5,374 nt of DNA from Chlamydiota bacterium (GCA_016196885.1 JACPWU010000047.1:1-5374), one strand, 5' to 3'. Positions 1 to 4,976 are shown, counted from the first letter of the stretch. Program-made: numbers and translations. The notes: generated by a model from the letters alone, not told the origin.

Positions 1-242
1 GAAAGAACCTCGGTTTAGCGTTCTTTTTAAGTCTCATCATGCCAGGGTTCGGGCAGTGGTATAACGAACAGATTGGAAAAGGGTTCTTATTCCTTCTTGG
101 TTTCTGGGGGTGCCTCTTGCTCTCATTTCTTTTCTTGCCCATCTTCGGAGCATTGGTGATTTGGCTAATCGGAATGGTGGATGCCTGTAATTCCGCCAAA
201 GAGATCAACAGCAAGATCAATATGAGCCAGGCATCAAATTAG
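1..242 (+). CDS. Small integral-membrane protein with a PGxGQxYNxQxxKG motif (TM2-like small membrane protein family); probably 5'-truncated by the window edge
   Basis: The ORF track begins at ATG 39, but the same frame (codons from nt 3) has no stop back to the window edge. It reads KNLGLAFFLSLI-MPGFGQWYNEQIGKGFLFLLGFWG..., a hydrophobic helix running straight into the conserved PGxGQxYNxQ motif. No Shine-Dalgarno precedes ATG 39. Two predicted TM segments follow. Stop TAG at 240-242. Confidence 0.55.
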   Translation, partial: KNLGLAFFLSLIMPGFGQWYNEQIGKGFLFLLGFWGCLLLSFLFLPIFGALVIWLIGMVDACNSAKEINSKINMSQASN

Positions 243-354
243 GCATCATCATGTGGTAGTATTTACATAGCGGTGGATTTGAGGAGTAGATTGCCGACCG
301 CGAGAGAACAGGCTAAAAAACTCTGAGGGATTGTTCCCGAAAGTGGACTTGTGG

Positions 355-388
355 AAATCCGAGGGTCATTTAGCCTTCGGATTTTTTG
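355..388 (+). terminator. Rho-independent terminator-like hairpin, or attenuator
   Basis: Stem TCCGAGGG (358-365) pairs with CCTTCGGA (374-381): 8 bp including one G-U. It can extend by three A-T pairs to 355/384. The loop is 8 nt (tcatttag) and a T-run follows at 382-387. The hairpin lies 113 nt after the upstream stop and only about 6 nt before the AAGGAGG RBS of the next gene. Confidence 0.65.
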
Positions 389-406
389 TTATTAAGGAGG
401 CTCTAA

Positions 407-991
407 GTGAACTACGAAGATGCGAAGATTTGTTCCTCATGTCTGGATATTTATGGCTTCGTCTATAGCAAGATGGGTGTCTTTTATCAAAAATGTGATT
501 CAAAATGCCTGAACAGAGATTTAAAAAAGGGGATGCTGTTGAGCGAGAAGAAACAAAAACGCTGGGATGGCTTTGACTTCAATGAATTTGTGACACTCTG
601 TTATTGCTGTGGAGCCGAACTTCTCAAAAGTGGCTCACGATGGTCGGTATGGTTCTGTGAAGCCTGCAAGAAAAGGGTCTTGGAATTCAATCAGGAGATG
701 GGAACCTCCGTGATTCCCATTGGTCGGCACTCTCTGATGAACGGAATCGGGCTGAAACTTGAGCCTTCGGTACCAAAAATAAAAATCGAGGAAACTATCG
801 ACCACTATCGTCGATTTGGAGCGAGCATCAACCACCTAGATCAATGGAGGAAGATTGCCAAATCTTGCAACTGGCGATCAGCAGGACTTGATTCTGGACA
901 AGACGTAGGGGTGATAAGGTACCTATCCTCAGTCAAAGGACTCGATAAAGAAGAAGCCTTCATCGGGATGAGGAATTTCTTCTTGAAGTGA
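407..991 (+). CDS. Cys-rich hypothetical protein with zinc-ribbon-like CxxC pairs (194 aa)
   Basis: GTG start at 407 follows a perfect AAGGAGG (394-400) with a 6-nt spacer and an in-frame TAA just upstream. Cys pattern: C9xxC12, C30xxxC34, C65xxC68 then 15 residues then C84xxC87. The last pair has the spacing of a rubredoxin-type zinc ribbon. I recognise no other family. Confidence 0.65.
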   Translation: MNYEDAKICSSCLDIYGFVYSKMGVFYQKCDSKCLNRDLKKGMLLSEKKQKRWDGFDFNEFVTLCYCCGAELLKSGSRWSVWFCEACKKRVLEFNQEMGTSVIPIGRHSLMNGIGLKLEPSVPKIKIEETIDHYRRFGASINHLDQWRKIAKSCNWRSAGLDSGQDVGVIRYLSSVKGLDKEEAFIGMRNFFLK

Positions 992-1034
992 GACGGAAGG
1001 CGGCTCAGCCAGTTTTGGAAACCGCCTCTCCACA

Positions 1035-1051
1035 GAACATCTTAGGTATCA
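1035..1051 (+). repeat. Left copy of a 17-bp direct repeat (candidate attL core)
   Basis: GAAcATCTTAGGTAtCA here versus GAAaATCTTAGGTAcCA at 4977-4993, 15/17 identical in direct orientation. Both copies sit in the intergenic gaps bracketing the int-containing gene block. The match is short enough to be chance. Confidence 0.3.
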
Positions 1052-1066
1052 ATAACTTTTTTTATT

Positions 1067-1088
1067 GTGCCGATATATCAAACGGCAC
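1067..1088. repeat. Inverted repeat GTGCCGAT-ATATCA-AACGGCAC (8-6-8, 7/8 arm match); candidate operator or recombinase-binding site
   Basis: GTGCCG (1067-1072) is the exact reverse complement of CGGCAC (1083-1088). The repeat lies 16 nt inside the proposed left repeat and upstream of the favoured TTG start at 1122. Confidence 0.35.
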
Positions 1089-1121
1089 GTAAGAAACGAA
1101 ATACGACTGGGGAAACAAAAC

Positions 1122-1841
1122 TTGGGCATAACTCATAAATCGAAACGGGGTGAGGAATACGAGAAAAGAAAAGCGACCGACACGTGTAATGCCTTTATCG
1201 GGAACAGGGAGTATTGCCAGAATCCCGCTGGCTGGGGAACAGGTCATCCAGGTAAAGACCGTTGCAAATTGCACGGAGGTTTTTCCACAGGTAGACCGCA
1301 GAAAACATTCAAAGCCAGTAAATATCTCAATAACCCCCTCATAAAGGAGTTTGAAAAGGCATCCGAACGAGACCCAAATTTTATTTACGGATTAGATAGT
1401 GAAATTGCTATAGTGAAGTCCGCCTTATGGAACTACAAGGCATATTGCATGGACAACAATTTGATTCCAAGACCGAGCGCATTAAAAAACTATGAAGGTG
1501 CTCTCAGAAAGATGTTAAAAACCAATAGACAACTGGAAAAACACAGGCAGGATATAAGTGCTCTTTCAGCCGCCTATAGAAAAGTTGCCCTCGACATTCT
1601 ACAAAGATATGTGTCACCAGCAATCGTGGCAAAGATAAAGCAAGAGTTGGTCGCCATCGACAGGAGGCGGTTACTGGCAGAGCAGAGGAAGAACAGCTTC
1701 TCAAATTGGTATCAAAAGACAAGGGATATGACAGACCCGAAGATCGCAGAGATAGCAAAATTTGAGAAGTGGTTTGAAGTTTGGTATAAAAATCAGGAAA
1801 GACACAGGTATAAGGGAATCGAAAATAAGCACCGAAAATGA
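1122..1841 (+). CDS. HGGxSTG-motif protein (Cys/His-rich N-terminus, long helical and basic C-terminus)
   Basis: The residues C-x9-C-x15-C-x2-HGGFSTG (HGGFSTG encoded at 1272-1292) match the signature of the poorly characterised HGGxSTG domain family. There is no in-frame ATG before the motif. Candidate starts are TTG 1122 (GGGGA at 1109-1113, 8-nt spacer; favoured) or TTG 1065 (ORF-track start, no RBS). Stop TGA at 1839-1841. Confidence 0.7.
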   Translation: MGITHKSKRGEEYEKRKATDTCNAFIGNREYCQNPAGWGTGHPGKDRCKLHGGFSTGRPQKTFKASKYLNNPLIKEFEKASERDPNFIYGLDSEIAIVKSALWNYKAYCMDNNLIPRPSALKNYEGALRKMLKTNRQLEKHRQDISALSAAYRKVALDILQRYVSPAIVAKIKQELVAIDRRRLLAEQRKNSFSNWYQKTRDMTDPKIAEIAKFEKWFEVWYKNQERHRYKGIENKHRK

Positions 1842-2248
1842 AAAATAGCCATCCTTCACCCACCTAGAGAGATTCCCTTCTTCATAGTCAGTCTCTTAAA
1901 AACCCCGCATTAACCCATGAAAAGTGGTAGGTTTACTGTCTTTTAATCGGGATTAACACCTCTGAAATAAGTGTCGAAAGCACACTTCTAGATGAATTCT
2001 GACAGCTAGCCTTCCAAGGGAGAAGGTGAAAAATACCCCCCTCTTTAAACACTGACATTCCTTCAAAAAATTAAAATTTTGGTAAGCCCAAGAGAAGCCT
2101 TACGAGAAAGGGGTAAAAAAGTAGCCCTCTTGCTGATCGACTGAGTAAAATTTTAAAATTAGGCACGTCACGGGCAATCAAAGTCATAAGCAACAGGAGC
2201 GTTAGAGATTTGGACGTGGAGGAGGAGAGGAGGGCGCGGAATACGGGA

Positions 2249-2276
2249 ATAGCCACATAACGGGTAAAGTGGCTAT
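2249..2276. repeat. Perfect 8-bp inverted repeat ATAGCCAC-N12-GTGGCTAT
   Basis: ATAGCCAC (2249-2256) and GTGGCTAT (2269-2276) are exact reverse complements separated by 12 nt. The repeat sits just after the polypurine run and about 50 bp upstream of the -35 box of the HTH gene. No T-run follows on either strand, so it is not a canonical terminator. Confidence 0.45.
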
Positions 2277-2326
2277 AAAGTCAAATAAACGCAAATGCGA
2301 GGCATTAGGAAGGGGTTAATTGCTAG

Positions 2327-2355
2327 TTGACAACCAAGTCTATTCCCTTTAAACT
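2327..2355 (+). promoter_or_regulatory. Sigma70-type promoter of the HTH gene
   Basis: -35 TTGACA (2327-2332, consensus), 17-nt spacer, -10 TAAACT (2350-2355). The ATG at 2362 is 7 nt after the -10 box and no Shine-Dalgarno is present, which implies a leaderless transcript. Confidence 0.55.
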
Positions 2356-2361
2356 GTGTGT

Positions 2362-2532
2362 ATGAAAATCAAGGATTATTTAACCGTCACTCAAGTTTCT
2401 GACCTCGTAGGCATCTCCAGACAAGCCGTCCTCAAGGCTATTGACAAGAGGCGTATCAAAGCCGAGGTATTCAATGCTGGAAAACACTCCTTCTATCTCA
2501 TCCCCAGAAAAGAACTGAAGAAATTCAAATAA
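2362..2532 (+). CDS. Excisionase/HTH_17-family (MerR-superfamily, AlpA/Xis-like) DNA-binding protein, 56 aa
   Basis: Not in the ORF track because it is shorter than 60 aa. My translation is MKIKDYLTVTQVSDLVGISRQAVLKAIDKRRIKAEVFNAGKHSFYLIPRKELKKFK*. It fits the HTH_17 pattern: LT-x3-(A/V)-x2-LG(V/I)S-x2-(T/A)(V/I), then a basic helix, a beta wing and 'IP...L..F'. Confidence 0.75.
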   Translation: MKIKDYLTVTQVSDLVGISRQAVLKAIDKRRIKAEVFNAGKHSFYLIPRKELKKFK

Positions 2533-2547
2533 TTTTTTTATTTTTAA

Positions 2548-2565
2548 GGTTGTCAGTTAGCAACC
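2548..2565. promoter_or_regulatory. Inverted repeat GGTTG-N8-CAACC overlapping a weak candidate promoter for ardC (possible operator)
   Basis: GGTTG (2548-2552) pairs with CAACC (2561-2565). It overlaps a possible -35 TTGTCA (2550-2555); 17 nt downstream is a weak -10 TATCTT (2573-2578). The same GTTG/CAAC half-sites form the palindrome GTTGaCAAC (2326-2334) over the -35 box of the HTH-gene promoter. Confidence 0.3.
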
Positions 2566-2597
2566 TATATGCTATCTTTCTGTCTGGAGGCTCAACA

Positions 2598-3527
2598 ATG
2601 TCAATACCTAGAAATCAACGGGGTAACGGGAAAAAGACGGTTTACGAGATCGTCACCGAGCGCATCCTGGAGAAGATGAAACAGGGTAAAATCCCCTGGC
2701 ATCAGCCCTGGAAGGGGCTGGAACTCCCCAAGAATCTGTCCACTAAGAGACCATACCGAGGAATCAATATCTTCAGTCTCATTCTTACCGATTTTAGCAG
2801 TCCTTATTGGGTTACTTTTAAGCAAGCCTCGCAGTTGGGGGGTCGAATCAAAAAAGGCTCAAAAGGCAGTCTTGTTGTCTTTTGGAATTGGAAAGAAAAG
2901 GAAGTTGAAGATCAAAATGGCGAGATCAAAATAAAGAAATTTCCAATACTCCGCTATTACTTGGTTTTCAATGTCGAACAGACAGAAGGTTTGGAGCGGT
3001 ACATTCCCCAAGAAAAAAAACTGGATTTCACACCTATTGAGCAAGCAGAAAGGATTGCAAAAGGATACAAGACTTGCCCAGAAATTAAGCACGAGACACA
3101 ACGGGCTTTTTATCGACCTTCTCAGGACTTCATCAATCTACCGAAAAAGGAATCCTTCGATAGCATCGAGGAATATTATTCGACTTTATTCCATGAACTG
3201 ACGCACAGCACGGGTCACGAAAAGAGACTCAATCGCAAAGGCATATCCGAGATCGACCATTTTGGAAGTCAACAGTATTCAAAAGAAGAACTGACTGCCG
3301 AGTTGGGATGCGCTTATTTGTGCGGTATCGTCGGGATTGAAAATAAAACGATCAATAACAGCATCGCATATCTGCAAAATTGGATTGGAAGATTGCAAGA
3401 TGACCCAAAGCTCTTAATTAGGGCGGCATCTCAAGCCCAGAAAGCGGTGGATTACATCTTAGGCGCGAATTCAAAAGAAGGAACTGAACCAGCAGAAGAT
3501 CAAATTCAACTGGCAATAGCCGCCTGA
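2598..3527 (+). CDS. ardC: ArdC-like antirestriction protein (N-terminal ssDNA-binding ArdC-N/DUF1738 domain plus C-terminal zincin-like metallopeptidase domain)
   Basis: ATG 2598 follows GGAGG (2586-2590) with a 7-nt spacer. The ORF-track start at 2550 is a TTG without an RBS. The N-terminus (TVYEIVTERILEKMKQGKIPWHQPW...RPYRGINIFSL...YWVTFKQASQLGGRIKKG) is typical of ArdC-N. The C-terminus carries HELTHSTGH, with HExxH encoded at 3192-3206. 309 aa. Confidence 0.88.
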   Translation: MSIPRNQRGNGKKTVYEIVTERILEKMKQGKIPWHQPWKGLELPKNLSTKRPYRGINIFSLILTDFSSPYWVTFKQASQLGGRIKKGSKGSLVVFWNWKEKEVEDQNGEIKIKKFPILRYYLVFNVEQTEGLERYIPQEKKLDFTPIEQAERIAKGYKTCPEIKHETQRAFYRPSQDFINLPKKESFDSIEEYYSTLFHELTHSTGHEKRLNRKGISEIDHFGSQQYSKEELTAELGCAYLCGIVGIENKTINNSIAYLQNWIGRLQDDPKLLIRAASQAQKAVDYILGANSKEGTEPAEDQIQLAIAA

Positions 3528-3553
3528 GAAATTGGAGGAAAAGGCTGACTGAT

Positions 3554-3805
3554 ATGGAAAATAAATCTGTGTGTCTCAATGCGAATGGATTGATAAGCCG
3601 AAAAAATACCAAGACTCTAGGTGATGAAAAAGTTGTTAGGTACGAGTTTCAGTCATTCGATGCTCTTGAGGAATTTATACTCAAGAACTTTGAGATTTTT
3701 ACCAAAGAAAATTTATCGACTAAAGCGGTCGGTAAAGTTTTGCTGGTGTTCAAATACAAAAGGAAAGCGGACAGCCATGACCGACCAAGCCCTTACCAAA
3801 TCTGA
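3554..3805 (+). CDS. Hypothetical 83-aa protein between ardC and the recombinase gene
   Basis: ATG 3554 has a weak RBS (AAGG 3541-3544, 9-nt spacer). The translation looks protein-like (…VVRYEFQSFDALEEFILKNFEIFTKENL…), whereas the competing frame (3621-3776) reads as basic, low-complexity sequence. It would overlap the recombinase start by 29 nt. I recognise no family. Confidence 0.45.
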   Translation: MENKSVCLNANGLISRKNTKTLGDEKVVRYEFQSFDALEEFILKNFEIFTKENLSTKAVGKVLLVFKYKRKADSHDRPSPYQI

Positions 3806-4751
3806 GCCTACAGAAGTCCTGGGAGATCGGTTTAATGCGCTTATTCAAGAATTCTTGAAATCCATTGACGTGAAGCAGAACTCCAAGCGGACATACGAAC
3901 GTGCATTGCGGCAATTTATCCGTTGGATTGCGAAAGAGAAAAAAACGAATCCCAACAGAGAAGACATTCTAGCCTATAAGCATCACCTAGAGACGCGAGG
4001 GCTATCATCATTTACTCTTTCCAGTTATCTTGTGGTGGTGCGAAAATTCTTTGAATGGGCGGAAGGCATGAAACTCTACCCTAACATTGCGAAAGGAATC
4101 AAGGGAGCCAAGAGGTCACGTGGATTTAAGAAAGACCCTTTGACTCTGGAACAAATCAAACTCCTCTTGACCAGCCTTGATAAAAATTCATTGGAAAGCA
4201 AGCGGGATTATGCCATCTTGAACCTTCTTATCAGGACGGGTCTGAGAGCCATAGAAGTCGTGAGGGCTAATGTCGGAGATATTCGGCAGGAATCAGGAGA
4301 AGCAATCCTCTGGATTTTTGGGAAAGGTCGTGACAATAAAGACGAGTTTGCGGTTTTGACTGAGGCTACATTAAGCCCGATACGGGAATACTTGAATGAG
4401 AGAGGAAATCTCAAAGAAGACGACCCTTTATTTGCATCCGTTAGTGATCGAAATAAAAACGGTCGATTAACTTCGCGCAGTGTTTCAAGAATCGTGAAAA
4501 AGCATTTAAGAAAAGTCAGCATCAATAACGGAAGGATTTCCGCCCATAGTCTGAGACATACGGCGATTACTATCTTGCTCCAGCATGGAAAAGGGACGAT
4601 TCAGGAAGCCCAGCTTCTTGGACGACACGCCAACATAAACACAACTCTGATTTACGCCCACAATATCAACAGGGTAGAAAACGCCCCCGAAAGAAAAATT
4701 GACGATGCGCTACGGGGCATATTAGACCAGCGCGAAGAAGCACAGCCATAG
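3777..4751 (+). CDS. Tyrosine recombinase / site-specific integrase (Xer-like two-domain architecture), 324 aa
   Basis: The N-terminal SAM-like core-binding region (…FLKSIDVKQNSKRTYERALRQFIRWI…YKHHLETRGLSSFTLSSYLVVVRKFFEW) is followed by the catalytic signature. That signature is R in TGLRAIEV (codon 4245-4247), GKGRDNK, HSLRH (H at 4545-4547, R at 4554-4556), LLGRHANINTT and the nucleophile Y in LIYAH (4653-4655). I favour ATG 3777 over the ORF-track GTG 3621 on length and N-terminal sequence quality. Confidence 0.88.
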   Translation: MTDQALTKSEPTEVLGDRFNALIQEFLKSIDVKQNSKRTYERALRQFIRWIAKEKKTNPNREDILAYKHHLETRGLSSFTLSSYLVVVRKFFEWAEGMKLYPNIAKGIKGAKRSRGFKKDPLTLEQIKLLLTSLDKNSLESKRDYAILNLLIRTGLRAIEVVRANVGDIRQESGEAILWIFGKGRDNKDEFAVLTEATLSPIREYLNERGNLKEDDPLFASVSDRNKNGRLTSRSVSRIVKKHLRKVSINNGRISAHSLRHTAITILLQHGKGTIQEAQLLGRHANINTTLIYAHNINRVENAPERKIDDALRGILDQREEAQP

Positions 4752-4767
4752 GGGAAATAAGCCGTGT

Positions 4768-4795
4768 ATGTCCGTAAACATCACATTGCGGACAT
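4768..4795. repeat. 28-bp imperfect palindrome with 11-6-11 architecture; candidate core recombination site for the adjacent tyrosine recombinase
   Basis: The site is ATGTCCGTAAA | CATCAC | ATTGCGGACAT. The outer 7 bp are perfect reverse complements and the arms match 9/11. It starts 17 nt after the recombinase stop codon. No T-run follows, so it is a poor intrinsic terminator. Confidence 0.4.
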
Positions 4796-4837
4796 GGAAA
4801 ATGAGAGCTGAAATCAGGTCGGTTTTGAACAACATCT

Positions 4838-4969
4838 GTGGGGGTATTTAAAAAAGTCAGGAGTTGCTTCTACTGGTGGTCGGTTAAAAGTTCGCGTGGG
4901 GTGGTATATTTAACTTGCCCAGGAAAGCCGAAAATTTAAAGGGTGGTCATTGTCGCAATAACGCCCAGG
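4838..4969 (+). repeat. Cluster of degenerate direct repeats (GTGGGG/GGTGGT boxes next to TTTAA/TAAC and GCCCAGG boxes); candidate arm-type or iteron-like protein-binding sites
   Basis: GTGGGGGTATTTAAAA begins at 4838, GGTGGTCGGTTAAAAG at 4875 and GTGGGGTGGTATATTTAAC at 4896. Two collinear units are GGTGGTA-N7-TAAC-TT-GCCCAGG (4900-4923) and GGTGGTC-N10-TAAC-GCCCAGG (4942-4969). Confidence 0.45.
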
Positions 4970-4976
4970 GGATAAC

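Larger units (their letters stand above)
1842..2361. other. 520-bp ORF-free structured intergenic region (candidate oriT, ori or ncRNA locus)
   Basis: There is no convincing ORF on either strand. The region contains two 16-nt pure A/T blocks built from AAAATT units (2065-2080, 2146-2161) flanking a 65-bp core. It also has a C-run (2036-2041), a 17-nt polypurine run GGAGGAGGAGAGGAGGG (2218-2234) and a perfect 8-bp hairpin (2249-2276). Confidence 0.5.

Noticed and set aside
1-28. Hairpin AAAGAAC-N11-GTTCTTT followed by Ts, which looks like a terminator at the window start
   Set aside because: It lies inside a reading frame that is open to the window edge and continues smoothly into the PGxGQxYN motif of the 39..242 ORF. 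The stem is A/T-rich and the T-run is part of the stem. It is most likely coding sequence.
995-1031. Hairpin GGAAGGCGG-N18-CCGCCTCTCC after the Cys-rich ORF, as its terminator
   Set aside because: It has only 6 contiguous base pairs, an 18-nt loop and no downstream T-run. It may still be a weak or Rho-dependent stop signal, but I cannot support calling it a terminator.
253-1936. Distant look-alikes of the right-end repeat boxes: GTGGTAGTATTTAC (253-266), GTGGTAGGTTTAC (1924-1936), the reverse complement of GGGGGTATTT at 2031-2040, and GGGGTAAAAAAGTAG (2110-2124)
   Set aside because: Each is a match of 10-13 nt, some needing an indel. By a rough count of position pairs, several such matches are expected by chance in 5.4 kb. 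Only the local collinear cluster at 4838-4969 is reported as a finding.
2071-2256. 61-aa minus-strand ORF inside the long intergenic region
   Set aside because: It has a GTG start without an RBS. The translation is low-complexity (SSSTSKSLTLLLL…LLLGL), largely the complement of the polypurine tract, and the only ORF on the minus strand in an otherwise all-plus window.
2550-2597. 16-aa N-terminal extension of ArdC from TTG 2550
   Set aside because: There is no RBS, and the stretch overlaps a promoter- or operator-like inverted repeat. ATG 2598 has GGAGG at ideal spacing and yields the usual ArdC N-terminus.
3621-3776. 52-aa N-terminal extension of the recombinase (ORF-track start 3621)
   Set aside because: It has a GTG/ATG start without an RBS, and the extension is basic, low-complexity sequence unlike any recombinase N-terminus. 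Starting at ATG 3777 gives a typical 324-aa protein beginning just before the core-binding domain.
635-4525. Antisense or alternate-frame ORFs embedded in the main genes (635..835-, 1062..1274-, 1150..1344+, 1504..1863-, 2601..2825-, 2859..3101-, 2971..3201+, 3418..3612-, 4208..4525-)
   Set aside because: Each lies wholly or largely within, or antisense to, a longer ORF with recognisable motifs. Their translations are low-complexity or Leu/Ser/Arg-rich shadow-frame sequence, and none has a convincing RBS.
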